Part shown: piece after piece, positions 1-20,067 of the stretch
Position numbering within the stretch: position 1 is the first letter of the stretch
How the letters are laid out: every line of letters starts with the position of its first letter
Origin: the human T2T-CHM13v2.0 reference genome, Homo sapiens
Strand: one strand, 5' to 3'
DNA: 64,000 nt
Assembly (NCBI RefSeq): GCF_009914755.1
Contig: NC_060941.1
Position numbers and translations under genes: made by a program
Notes under the pieces: generated by a model
Told to the model about the DNA's origin: nothing
Databases searched by the model: none
What the model saw: the letters and a program-made list of their open reading frames with translations, nothing else

Positions 1-418
1 TTGGGATTACAGAAGTGAGCCACTGCACCCAGCCTAGAATTTTAAAAAAACGTAATGCGCAGAAGGCCAAAAAGTAAATAAATAAGACAAGTGACATATG
101 ACAATCTGGAAACATATTTGTAAACATAATATGGCAGACATAGAGCTAATTTCCTCAATATATGAGGTTTAATAAATTAAGAAGAAACAGAAGAACGTAA
201 TATGATAAGGGAACAATGTAATACAATAAGGGTACAACGTACACGAAGAGACAAATTTACAAAAAGAGAAAAGTCTCATACCTTGCTGGAAGGCATCGCA
301 AAGTAGAATAACTTTAAAAAAATTTTGTTCCCTTTATGAGACAGTTGGTACTAAATGACCCAAATCATTACTAATTCACAAGCTATTCAATTTTCCAGTT
401 AAAAATAGATACATGCCT

Positions 419-718
419 GGCTGGGCGTGGTGGCTCACATCTGTAATCCCAGCACTTTGGGAGCCCAAGGTGGGTGAATCACGAGGTCAGGAGATCGAGA
501 CCATACTGGCTAACATGGTGAAACCCTGTCTCTAATAAAAATACAAAAACAAAATTAGCTGGGCGTGGTGTCGGGCACCTGTAGTCCCAGCTACTCGGGA
601 GGCTGAGGCAGCAGAATGGCGTGAACCCAGGAGGCAGAGCTTGCAGTGTGCCAAGATCGCGCCACTGCACTCCAGCCCCAGCCACAGAGTGAGACTCAGT
701 CTCAAAAAAAAAAAAAAA
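419..718 (+). mobile_element. Alu (Y/Sc-like)
   Basis: Full dimer, A tail, TSD ..GATACATGCCT. Confidence 0.95.
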
Positions 719-879
719 TTGATACATGCCTACACATTTATCATAGATCTACGGCCTAAATACATTTGTTGCCACAATGGTTACAGTACATAGCTGTATA
801 TTTCTGGTGGCCCAAAATTTGAATCCTTTTCCTAAGTTTGTGGCGTGTCTTTCTTATTGGTAAAGGTTTTATCAAACTT

Positions 880-1580
880 CCTTGCAGCCAGGGAAGAATG
901 ACTTTTACTGCAGCACTTAACAGCAAAAGCATGCAAACAATGTACTAAATGCCCACACAGTAACATGTCAAATTGATCATGGGGCATCCCTACAATGTAT
1001 GATGGGCTACTATGCTGTGTTACAATGAACAAGGCAAAGTACTTCCTACTGATGCAGTGTTTCTGGTGGATACATCTATTTGTTAACTCTGCAATTCCAC
1101 TTCTAAGAATTTATGGGACAGATATACTCACATATACATGCAAAGATAAGTAGAATGACACTGCAAAACTACAACAGCAAAAATGTGAAAACAAACTATA
1201 ATTATCCATCACACAGGAACTTGTTAAGTCAATTATGCAATACACACAATGGGATACAATGCTGTGTTAAAATGAACAAGGCAATGTACTTCCTACTGAT
1301 TCCAAACAACCTCCAAGATACATTGTTTTTAAAAAAGGGGAAGGTAGTAGCAGAGGTTCCCAACAGAGTGTATATAAAATAATCAAAGTATATAAACAAA
1401 GTATGAGGAGTATTTGTTTTTCTTTGAGTCAGGCATAAATACATAGGAATAGTGTCCCCAGAAAAATACAAAAGAAATTGATTAACAGTAGCTGCGTGTG
1501 GAGAAACAGGGGACTGGAGAGAAACAGTAGGAAGGAACTTTACTTTTCATCATTGTATAACTCAAGTGTTTACCAAAAAA
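880..1580 (+). mobile_element. Old L1M(E)-like 3' fragments in DDX52 intron 2
   Basis: GCAATTCCACTTCTAAGAATTTAT and degenerate TACTATGCTG..AAAATGAA motifs. Confidence 0.55.
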
Positions 1581-1664
1581 AGGTAAATGACTAGGAAACT
1601 TAATATTATAGATTAAAAAAATATAAACAGCCCTAGAGTACAGTACAAGAAAAAAAAAAAAAAA

Positions 1665-2013
<349 letters not shown>

Positions 2014-2067
2014 TCACAAAAGGTGAAATATTAATGTCCAGTAAAGCATACAAAAATATGCTTGACC

Positions 2068-2712
<645 letters not shown>

Positions 2713-3068
2713 TCATTAGCTTGGCAAAAAAATTAACACCAATAATATTCAGCACTGACAAGGACTTGGGAAGTCACTTTGTAGTATTTTTCAGAGAAAG
2801 GGTACATACCCTTTCACCATATGATGCTACTTTTCGGATGGTATTCTGCAGAAATAACAGTACCTGTACAAAAGGATTTATGTATAAATATCTTTACTTA
2901 AAATTACCTTTGCTGTAACAATATTTCTAATGACAAATACCTGGAAACAACCTGAGTGCCATCAGCTGACAAATGACCTTATTGTCTGACTTGTAGCCAT
3001 AAGCCTGTATTATTTTTATAACTGAAAAAAATTAAAGAGAAAAAACATGACAGAAATCAAACACTAAC

Positions 3069-3267
3069 CTGAAGTCATCGTCTTCCTTTTTTTCTTGCTC
3101 TGCTCCCTCTTCCTTTCAGTTAGGCTCTCTTCTTTTTTCTCTCCATTTTGGGGCTTCTGATGTGTTTGTGATGCTCCACACACACCTGGGACAGACTTCT
3201 TGTTTCCAAAAAAGTCCAGTCCCTGAAGCACCTCCGAAGAATCAAAGTCATATTTCCTTTTTCCTAT
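3069..3267 (-). CDS. DDX52: DDX52 exon 2, 199 nt ([66 protein letters not shown])
   Basis: Acceptor TTTTGGGTTTTAG|ATA and donor TCAG|GTTAGT; in frame with exon 1 and continues the known sequence; lysine-rich NLS-like segment. The rest of the gene lies left of the window. Confidence 0.96.
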
Positions 3268-4119
3268 CTAAAACCCAAAAAATGTAAAATGAAACCTACT
3301 GACAGAATACCATTGCTTTCATTCAAGCAAGACTGTTCAATGACTCCTCATCTTTTCTACCCTTTCACCAAGTATCTGTCGAGCTAACAGGTGTCTGGAC
3401 AAATGGAATCTGAAGAGACCTTCTCTGACCTCATAATAGTAACAAATTAATATTAGCAATGAACACATATATGCTTACTAAATGTCAAGCAGATTTCTAA
3501 GCATGTTTATACATATTAAATTGCTTCATATTTACAACTCTATAAGGTAAATAGCAGTATTACGAATGAGAAAACCAAGGCATTCGGAAATTAAGTAACT
3601 TGAGGTAGGTCTAAAAATGAGTAACTGGCAGACTTAGCATTTAGACCCAGATAATCTGGCTCCAGAGTTCATACTCACCAGTTAGAGAAAGAAGAAACAC
3701 ATGTCACACGCATATACACATCCAAACAACAAAGTAGACATTCAAGATTTTCCAGAATTGGGCCCCAATTGACCTCCCCCGATGTATCACTCACTACTTC
3801 TCTAGGTAAGAGCCCCCATTTCTTAATCGCTCTTCTCATTGGTTACTTAAGCCATGGGGTTGAAGCAATAAAAAGAATCACGCCCAGTACAACTATACGC
3901 ATGCCAAGCCAAACTTGGGGAGACTATAGTAAGAGAATCTGTTTTCTCCATCTTTGGTTGTTTCTGTTTTCGAAATTCCTTTCCTCTAGGTTTGGAGAAA
4001 AAGTTCCTTTTGAAAGGAGGATTCCAACTTTGCTTTGAATAAGAGGGAGGAAAGAGGGTTTCCGTGCCAGGCCCAACTAGGTCTACAACAGGATAGTTAA
4101 AGAGCTTATTCAAAAGGCT

Positions 4120-4500
4120 TGAACCGAGCAGCCGTGCAGGCAAGCCGAACACAAAAGGAAGCAAAATACCCCAAGGGTGGCGAGAGCCAGGCCACGGGTG
4201 TCCAAGTGCGCCGGCCTCCCCCAGCAGCGGGTTCATTCCCGGGCTCCTGCTCCTTCTCAGTTACTCGGCCCTCGGTCCCTTGGGCACAATACCTGGAATC
4301 GAGCTGCGTCTGCCGAGAAGCGTCTCGTGTCGAATTTGGCCCCCGCGCCGAGCCGGCGAAAGAGATCGTGGACGTCCATCTTTACCCAGAAAGCGCCACA
4401 GTTCTACGGCGCCTGCGCAGACTACTTCCCAGGCCCCGGGCAGCGTCGGAAGAGGGCGTGAGCATAATTGGCTCCTGTAGGCGGAGCCTGGCTGGGTGAG
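4120..4500 (-). promoter_or_regulatory. DDX52: DDX52 CpG-island, TATA-less promoter
   Basis: High CpG density; NRF1-type GCGCCTGCGCA 4409-4419, ZNF143-like ACTACTTCCCAG 4421-4432, ETS CGGAAG 4447-4452, CCAAT (minus strand) 4467-4471, YY1-like AAGATGG overlapping the ATG. Confidence 0.8.
4293..4379 (-). CDS. DDX52: DDX52 exon 1 coding part ([29 protein letters not shown])
   Basis: ATG at 4379-4377, 29 codons matching the remembered DDX52 N-terminus, followed by donor CAG|GTATTG (phase 0); lies in a CpG-rich island. Confidence 0.96.
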
Positions 4501-4544
4501 AAACGAGGCTATTTTATTATCGTGTACTCCGTCATTATTTATCT

Positions 4545-4683
4545 TTTTTTTTTTTTTTTTTGAAACAAGGTCTCTCTCTGTCGCCCAGGCTGGAGCGCAG
4601 TGGCGCAATCGCAGCCTCGAACTCCTGGGCTCAAGTGATCCTCCCATCTCGGTCTCCCAAACTGCTGGGACTACAGGCGTGTG
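4545..4683 (-). mobile_element. FLAM / Alu monomer next to the DDX52 promoter
   Basis: Poly-T then a single monomer with retained CpGs. Confidence 0.85.
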
Positions 4684-4699
4684 TAAATTCTTTTAAAAA

Positions 4700-7260
<2,561 letters not shown>

Positions 7261-8178
7261 AATTATGAGATGGGGGTGGGATGAAATTTTGTCAGGGTGT
7301 GTTGGAGGGCTGAGAAGAGAAGTGGTGTGAAATAATATTCTCTAACAGTGGGAAAATGAACTTACTGAAGAAAGGCGGTAATAATTCTGGGCAATAAATG
7401 CCCATTTGAGGTTCAGGGCAATTAATGTAAAAGGAGACAAATTAGCATGATTCAGCCACTTAAATAAGGGTGTGAAGTGTATAGTGTTAGATTTGGCCAG
7501 GGTTAAACTTTTTCCAGGTTAATATCATGGAAGGTTATGGCAGAGTTCTGTCCTCCCCACTCCAACAAGAAAAGCACCTGAGATTGATAGTTCAATAGAA
7601 GTTTAGCCACCTAGGACCGAAGAAGGAAGAGGAAGCCACTAGGAATAATACTCTGTGTTATAGTAATAACTCAACTTGCTGCTTTCCGATCAGAGGAAAG
7701 AAGAATTATATTGAGTGTTGAATATGTACTATATTATTTACCTTCATAAGCATGGACTTGGAGTTAAATAGGGCTGAGTTTAAATTCTCCCAGCCTCTTC
7801 ACCTATTAGCTGTGATTTGTGATTTGGTCACATTAATCTTTCTGGGACTAATTTCTTTGTTTGTAAAATGAGGATCATGATAGCTACTTTGGAATCGTTC
7901 TGAAGATTAAGCTAGGCTCATAGGCAGTGGTGTGTAGTGGAAGGAGTGTAGGTTTGGGGCATCAGAAATACTTAATGTTTGAGTCCAATTGTGTCATTTA
8001 GTAATTTGATAATCTTAAATGAGTTATTTCACTGGTCTGTGCCTCAGTTTCCTTGTTGGTAAAATAGTGATTATAGGATTATAATATCTACCTTGAGGTT
8101 AGGAGTAGCATAACTTTTCACCACACAGGGCTCAAAATGGTTGAGATGGGTCAGAATACTAGATATGTATAAAATCCT

Positions 8179-8229
8179 TATATATATATATATAGATAGA
8201 TAGATATATAGATATATAGATATATATAT
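8179..8229. repeat. (TA)n/(GATA)n compound microsatellite
   Basis: Direct reading. Confidence 0.9.
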
Positions 8230-8329
8230 TCTGTAGTTATTGTATAAAGCATTTGGAACAAAATCTCACACATAGTAGGTTCTTAAGCAATAGTAGTTCT
8301 TTCCCATCTTTCAGTTCTTCCTTCTAGAG

Positions 8330-8810
<481 letters not shown>

Positions 8811-9914
8811 GGAATTATATTTCTGAAGCCCAAATGTGGACCATGTTGCTTCTCTGCTTAAAAACCTCTCTTGATTCCCCATTGTCTGCTGAATGTAGTC
8901 TGAACTATAACTTGTATGTCAGTCCCTAAGCAGTGGGTCTCAACATTTTATCTGCTTCAGCATTCTCAAGAAATATGACTCCCTGCCATAAACAGCTTCA
9001 GCTTGGGTTCAACTCTCAGTCCTATCACTTAACCAGCTGTGTGGTTACGTATCCTCTCTAAGCTTTAGTTTTCTCACCTCATTTCAGCTTTGCTTCCAAC
9101 TCAGAAACTTTGTACTTATTTTTTTTTTCTTCTTGGAATGTCCTCTGTTCCTTTCCTCCATGGATAACTCCTTATATTCTTCAATACTCAGTTTACATGT
9201 CCTCTCCTGAGTGAAACTTACCCTGAATGTCCCCTCCTTGACATAGTCCATCTTTCTTCGAGTTCTCATGCCACTTCATAAGTACCTCTATTTTAGCTCT
9301 TTTCCTATAGCATTGAAATGATATTTCCATGTATGTCCACAGACTTTGAGCTTTTTGAGGGCTGTTCCTACATCTCATTTATCTTCATATTGTTTGCTTC
9401 TCATGGAGTCTGTTTCACAGTAAGTGGTCAGTAATCTTGTCCAATTAATGAAGTGAAATGAAATAGACAAAGATCCCTGAAACTGCCAACCTCAATGAAT
9501 TTTGGAATGGACCTTATGTTTTTTGCTTGGTGCTTTGTGATAAATTTTAGATGAATGAATGAAAGAAGACAAATAGAAACTGTTAGACTTAGACCATTTC
9601 ATACCCTCACAATGTCCAGCTGACTCATTAAAGGACCATTTCCTCCTGGGGAAAAAACGAAACAAAACAACTTAAAAGCATTGTCAACAAAAGTGGTGAG
9701 GAAACTGAATCATGGTTTTGTATAACTGGAATTTCTCTAAAAACCAGTACGGTCTGACTGGTAGACACACATGGTTTCTCAGCTGTAGCAAGTGAGAACA
9801 CAAAGTCTGTATAACACTGCAGTGGAAAAGCTATTTGGGATAACTTGTTGTGAATAGAGTGATCACTCTATGTCCTAAGAGTATGTTTTTGAAAACTTTT
9901 TCTCCACTCCTTGT

Positions 9915-11165
9915 TTATCATTCAACAAACTTGGTGGTGGTTGTTTTTACAGTGTTTCTGGCATGGACTAGGGCTTAGGGATCCAAAAATGAACTAGACA
10001 CAGTCCTTGGTCTCAAGTAGCTTTGAGTTTGCAAGGGACAGAGAACTGTTTGCAAACAGAGCAAGGAAATTCTCTAGGCACTGCAGTATAAGTGTAGGAA
10101 GTGAGGGAGTAAGGGTGGCAGGATGGAGTGGGCTTTGTGGAAAGTTAGAAAAGACTTTATAGAGAAGACAAAGCTGGCATAGCCTTAACAAATAAAGTGT
10201 TGACCAATTAGAAAACACAGGTAAAAGTATTTAAGTAGAGAGGAGAGCAGCGCAACAAATGTAAAGAGGGATGAAACACGCTGTTGTGTTTGGGGAACTA
10301 CTAGTGGCTCAACAAAGCTGGAAGTGGATGCTGCAGCAAGAATTGGAGCTGGACAGGTAGGTAGGGACCAGCTTGTGACGGGCCTTTTGTATATACTGAG
10401 GACTTTGAACCTGATATTGTAGGCACTGAGAGCCATTAGAGGATGTTAAGCCACTGATATAAAGTTTTTAATTTAATATTTATTTATTTAGAGACAGGGT
10501 CTCACCCTGTCATCCAGGCTGCAGTGCAGTGGTGCAATCGTAGCTCACTGCAGCCTTGCCCTCCCCAGGCTCAGGTGATCCTCCCACCTCAGCCTCCCTA
10601 GTAGCTGGGACTACAGGCATGCACCACCATGCCCAGCTAATTTTTACATTTTTTGTAGGGATGGGGTTTCGCCATGTTGCCTAGGCTGGTCTTGAACTCC
10701 TGGGCTCAAGCAATCCACCTGCCTCGGCCTCCCAACGTGCTGGGATGACAGGCATGAGCCACTGTGCCTGGCAGTTTTTAATTTTAAAACATCACTTTAG
10801 CAGCAACACAGAAGAGAGGCAAGTTGGAGTCAGGGAGACCAGGACAATATTGAAATAGCAGTCTAGTGAGGAAAGAAGGCAGTGGCTGTAGGAAGGAAGA
10901 GGAGAAAGGAGCGGATCTAAAGGACATTAAGGAGGTAAAGTGACTGGATGTGGGAGGATAGCAGGAGAGGGAGAAACTTAAAATAACTCCCGGGTCTCAA
11001 ACTTAGGTGACTGAGTAGGGGTGAGCCTTTTCACGGAAAGGGAGAATACTGAAGGGCTAGGTTTGTGTGAGGACTATATATTCATAGTAAGTTTAATTCT
11101 GAATACGTTGAGTTTGAGATTTTTGTGGGACATTTGAATGAAGTTTCTAATGGTTATTTGAAAGT
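9915..11165 (-). mobile_element. L2 fragment split by an Alu
   Basis: TCATTCAACAAA start and typical antisense L2 body. Confidence 0.6.
10477..10772 (-). mobile_element. AluJ
   Basis: Full dimer, TSD AGTTTTTAATTT. Confidence 0.9.
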
Positions 11166-13239
11166 AGGAATTATTATTTCTTTGCAACGGGAGCTAGGAA
11201 CTTTTGAACTGTAACTTCAGGATCTTAATTTAAAAGTGAGTTGAGGAGAGGGTGATTGGCTATGGATAACATCCGGAAGCCATTCCCACAGTGAGACAAA
11301 AACCTTGCTTTCCCCGAGGCTGAGTTTCCAGCTTCAAATTCTCAAGATTTACCAATAGTCTAGTACTTTAGAAATCCAAATCAAGTACTCAAGAAATCCA
11401 AATTCTTACAGTTTTTTTTTTTTTTTTTTTTTTTTTGCCACCAATAGTCAACAGAGTGTACTTTTAGGCTACAATGCAATGTAAGTGTAACTACTCAAAT
11501 ATTCTTTTAATTAGGACAGAATTGAAGTAAATAGCGCAAGGACCAATGCTGACCTCACGGTGGCACTCCAGTCTTCGAATAAAGGGCTCTCTGGACTCAT
11601 CTTATTGACCTCCAAATGGACAGTCCACATTGAAGTGAAGAGTTGACATGAACTCTGGGCCCATAGACCCCACAGTTTAATTTCCTGAAGAGAATCTACC
11701 AAGGACTTTGCTTTTCTGTTTTTAAATCAGCTCTGACGTAAGGCTGGATCAATAGAATAGGTGTCAAGTATGCCCGAATGTCTCCATCCGTAAAAAATTT
11801 CATCAGGGTTCAAAAGTAACCAAAATAATTTCACCATTATTATTTATTAATGGATACCATTTATTGAATGCCTGCTATGTGCCACATTGGGTTCAGGGTA
11901 CTTTTCATATTATATGAGCTCATTGAACTCACAATAGCTCTATGAGGTTGATACTACAGTGTTCTCATTTTTCTGAGAAGAAACTAGGGCTCAGAGACAT
12001 TAAGTAGCTTGCCTCTCACATCATATAGGTAGTAAGTGGCCATACTTGGTTTTGAACCCAATCTGTGTGATCCCCAAACTTGCGCTCTTTAAACAAGGCT
12101 GCATTGCCTCTTATTATTGATGCCAAGATAAAAGCAGCAATTAATGAAACTTGGTTTTCTTCAGGTATAGACTGTTTGGCATGAGGTGGTTTAAATAATA
12201 TCATATTTAAGGAGATCTATTGCGGGCCCCTATTGTGAATTTGTGTCCTCTTCATGAAACTCTTTGCCACATATGAGAAACAGGATATTTACATAGTCAC
12301 AAAGTGTGTCCCACAAGGTATTGATTAGTTACGAAGAGAAAAATTGAAAATTTACAGTGGAGCAACCTGGAAGATACCATGTGAATGAAATGGTCACAGT
12401 ATAAATGGTAACATAAAAGTGGTAAAATATCAATATGTACACCATGGTCATATTCTTTTGCTTTTATTGTGGAAGAGACAAAGGGACAAGGGAGGATTTG
12501 CTGACACTGGTCAGGAGTGGAGTAGAGGACTAATTCCTATCTTTGATCTCCATCTGTGAAAGCCCAGATCGCACAAAGATTTCCAAATGAAATATTTACA
12601 TTTCTAAGGGGTAGAGAATTATTCGTGAATCCTAGACAATATACAAGGGAAGGCTCCCAAAAGAAAGATACAAATAATAAAATTCTAGAATAATGTTATA
12701 GTACTGATTGTAGGCTATGGGGAGTGGGAGTTGGTTGTCCTACTAATAAAATGCTTAATCAAGAGTGTATGATTTGTAAATCATATTTGTTAAGCATTTT
12801 TTAATGCCTTACAGACTTCAAAGCCCTAAAACTTTTCTGCATCTCTAGGGGTTAATATCAGCATTTTGTATATTCTCAGCTTGAGATAATTACCAATCTG
12901 CCTATTTTTTAAAAGAACTGTCTTTTAGTGAGAAGGATAAGATGTCTGGAGAAGCTTTTTGTTCAACATGTCAGTATTTGCATGATTTACAGTGTAATTA
13001 ACCAGGCCCTGTAGCACAGGCAGACCGGCTCCCTTCACTATTTATCATGTTTCCAGCAACTTCAGATCATCACCTCTGCTGGGAGGAAATACGTCCTTCT
13101 TAGAGATGTGAAAATATATCCCCAACCATTCCCACAGGCAGAATGTGATCTATCCTTATGTATCTATTATTTCTCATATCTAAGGGCTCTTCCCCCTACC
13201 CCATTATTTTTATACAGCATTACTCTCAGAACTAAACTA

Positions 13240-13584
<345 letters not shown>

Positions 13585-13744
13585 TTAGGAATAATTTTGT
13601 TATTCAATTGCTTATAGTCACCAGCACATATTCGTTAAGGTATAATTGTGCTGTGTAAAAGACAAAGTCTGGTGACTCAAAATCTAAAACAAAACACCTA
13701 TATAGACAAATAATATTATTACAAAACTACTTTAAATCTCTATA

Positions 13745-15955
<2,211 letters not shown>

Positions 15956-16124
15956 AAAACACTTTTAAGGATTACTAAGCTATAGGAAGATAAAGGCTGT
16001 AATCAATGTGTAGCAAGTAAATTCTGCTCACCTTCCTAGCAGAACAGCTTATAGAAGGTCTTAGTTGGGGTGTGGGGAGTGAGAAGAGGGCAAATACCTT
16101 ATTAGATGCTTCTTTAAACGCAAT

Positions 16125-16426
16125 TTTTATTTTATTTTTTGAGCTAGGGTCTTGCTCTGTTGCCAGGCTGGAGTACAATGTTACAATCATAGCTCACTGC
16201 AGCCTCGACCTCTTCGGTGCAGGCAATCCTGCTACCTCAGCCTACCAAGTAGCTTGGACTGTCATCACCCACCACTACACCTGGCTAATTACTTTTATTT
16301 TTATTTTGTAGAGATGGTGTCTCTTTATGTTGCCCAGGCTGGTCTTGAACTCCTGGCCTCAAGCAGTCTTCCCACCTCGACCTCCCAAAATGCTGGGATT
16401 ACAAGTGTGAGCCACCACCCTTGGCA
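16125..16426 (-). mobile_element. AluJ
   Basis: Diverged full dimer. Confidence 0.88.
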
Positions 16427-16647
16427 TGAACACAATTTTTTAAAATTGTTTTTTCAAATGAAAGACTTTTGAAGTTTTTTTTTTTTAAACTCTGTAATAG
16501 AAATTCTGGGTTTCTAGTTTTTAAAAAAAATAGAATGAAAATTTTAATCCCAGAAGACCTAAAAATTTAAGAGAGCAAAAAATAAAGAAATAGAGTAATT
16601 TCTGTTCTCTTCCCAGATAGTAAATTTAAATAAAAACTTCTGATTAT

Positions 16648-16955
16648 GGCTGGGCACCGTGGCTCACGCCTGTAATCCCAGCATTTCGGGAGGCCGAGGT
16701 GGTTGGATCACGAGGTCAGGAGATCGAGACCATCCTGGCTAACACGGTGAAACCCCATCTCTACTAAAAATACAAAAAATTAGCCAGGCATGGTGGTGGG
16801 CGCCTGTAGTCCCAGCTACTCTGGAGGCTGAGGCAGGAGAATGGCGTGAACCCAAGGAGGCGGAGCTTGCAGTGAGCCGAGATAGCACCGCTGCACTCCA
16901 GCCTGGGCGACAGAGGGAGATTCTGTCTCAAAAAAACAAAACAAAACAAAAACAA
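16648..16955 (+). mobile_element. AluY-like
   Basis: Full dimer, TSD AACTTCTGATTATG. Confidence 0.95.
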
Positions 16956-17384
16956 CTTCTGATTATGTTGGCAGTTATAAAGTTTTAATGTTACTGATAC
17001 AGATGTACTTCAAAACTCTTTTATCGATCACATAGAAGTGAGTGTTAAGATCATTGACGAGAACTGTCCTAGGTAATGAGGTGGTAATATTACTACTAAT
17101 ACAAGGTGCCTATACTATTCCGAATACTTTTTGTAAATTAACTCATTCAATCTCACTGCAACCCTATGTTGTAAATACTATTATTAGACTCATTTTATAC
17201 TTGAAAAAACCAAGGTTCCCAAACTTTCTTGGTAACTGTGCTCCTAGAGTCTCAGTAATTTTTTCACAACTCAGGCTCAAAGAAATACTTAATAATTCCA
17301 TTGATTAAGTTAAGCCCAAATATCTTAATATATATTTATGATTTTACAACTTAGTAGCCATTTGAAAAAATAATACATATAAAA

Positions 17385-17680
17385 CATTTTTTATTTTTTT
17401 GAGAGAGTCTCACTCTGTTGCCCAGGTTGAAATGTGGTGACATGATTGCGGCTCAGTGCAACCTCTGCCTCCCAGGTTCAATCAGTTCTCATGCATCAGC
17501 CTCCCAAGTAGCTAGGATTACAGGCGTGCGCCAACATACCCAGGTAATTTTTGAATTTTTAGTAGAGACGGGGTTTTGCTGTGTTGGCCAGGCTGATCTC
17601 AAACTCCTGGTCTCTAGTGATGCTCCTGCCTCGGCCTCCCAAAAAGCTGAGATTAAAGGCGCGATCCACCGCCCCAGGCC
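17385..17680 (-). mobile_element. Alu
   Basis: Full dimer, TSD ATACATATAAA. Confidence 0.9.
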
Positions 17681-17828
17681 ATACATATAAATTTAAAGAA
17701 AAAAATTGTATTTCATTTAAAAATAATTACACTTACTTGCTAATGAGAGTTGCAAAAAAAACAAAAATTACCCAGACACTAAAAGCACAGTAATCAATAA
17801 AGTTTGGGAACCTTGGTTTTTTCAACTA

Positions 17829-18209
<381 letters not shown>

Positions 18210-18585
18210 TTATTGGATGCTGCACATCTTCTCAAACCTTGGGCTCAGATTGGACACTGCCACACTCATTTCCTGATTCACGTTGATATTCACATAGTAC
18301 TTGTTTTTCATCCCAGCAACCACAGAAAACTCAGCTTTGCAATGATCTGACATTACCAAAAGGGTACTATTTGAATGTTGAAACCATGGCTATCTCATAC
18401 TAGTAGTTCATGTGATTTTCAACAGACATTGAGTATCACTGTGTTGTCCTTGAACATTTGAAATATTCTGTGTTGCTCTATGGACTTGCTGCTGTTCCAA
18501 GCTGGAGTTCCTTGGGACACAGTTTGGGAACTGTGGTTCTACCACAGCATTGTTTTTTCAGTTTTGGGGACAAAATTCTTGGGAA

Positions 18586-18880
18586 GGTCATATGTGGTGG
18601 TTCACGCCTGTAATCCTAGCACTTTGGGAGGCCGAGGCAGGAGGATTGCTTGAGCCCAGGAGTTCAAGACCAGCCTGGGCAACATATCAAGACCTTGTCT
18701 CTACAGAAAATTAAAAAATTAGCTGGGGATAGTGGTATGTGCCCATATTCCTAGCTACTTAGGAGGTTGAGGTAGGAGGATCGCTTGAGCCCAGGAGTTT
18801 GAGGCTACCGTGAGCTATGATTGTGCCACTGCACTCCAGCCTGCATGACAGAGCAAGACTTTGCCTCAAAAAAAAAAAAA
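18586..18880 (+). mobile_element. AluJ
   Basis: Full dimer, TSD AAAATTCTT(T)GGGAA. Confidence 0.9.
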
Positions 18881-19242
18881 TTCTTTGGGAAAAATATAAA
18901 TCAGATTGTGATTTTTAATATTACTTAATAATTAGTGTGAATATTAATAAATTGTATAAAAAATTAATATCTTAAAAATCTTGCTCTTCATTTAAATTCA
19001 TGTCTTTTTTGTTTTATCTAATTGCTTTGGGATAGACTTTTATAGACAATTAAACAGAAACAGGCTCATTTGGAATGAATAATAAATTGTTAACATCATA
19101 TAGGTCAAAGGTAACTGCTTGCATTCAAGGAGTGGGAAGCAAGGACAGTACATAATAAATGTTTCAGCTGATAATATATGTAATAAAAATATTTTATACC
19201 ACCAAGTACATAGGGTGAACTCAAGGAACTTCGTAAGTTTAG

Positions 19243-19555
<313 letters not shown>

Positions 19556-19675
19556 TAGTTGAACCTCTCTTTTAAGCAAATTTATTACTTGAAATTTTGA
19601 ATGTTCTAAACTAGTATACAAGGGGCTTGATTATTTTTACAAAAGAATATTATGTGAGTTTCTTTGATACTTAAA

Positions 19676-19813
19676 TTTTTTTTTTTTAATTTTAAAATAG
19701 AGACGGGGTCTGACTGTGTTGCCCAGGCTGGTCTCGAATTCCTGACCTCAAGCAGTCCTCCTGCTTCAGCCTCCCAGAATGCTGAGATTACAGGCATGAG
19801 CCACCACGCCCAG
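19676..19813 (-). mobile_element. FLAM / Alu left monomer
   Basis: Single monomer after a T tract. Confidence 0.8.
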
Positions 19814-19948
19814 CAGCTTTGATGCATTTAAATTATGATGTGGTTCACTGAAATTGAGATGTGTGCCCTACTTTAAAAAAATTACTGAAACTGAGATAGA
19901 TGCCCAACTTTTTAGAAAATAGGTTTTATTTCTTTATTAACAAAAATG

Positions 19949-20067
19949 TTTTTAGACCCGTGGTTTTGCTGTTTCCCAGGCTGGACCAAAACTCCTGGTG
20001 TCAAGTAATCCTCCTGCCTCAACCTCTCTAGTAGCTGGGATTATAGGTCTGTGCCACCATGACCAGC
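19949..20067 (-). mobile_element. FLAM monomer
   Basis: Single diverged monomer. Confidence 0.75.

Noticed and set aside
4119-4499. Plus-strand ORFs over the DDX52 promoter
   Set aside because: Stop-poor GC-rich island antisense to exon 1, mostly with non-ATG starts; no coding evidence
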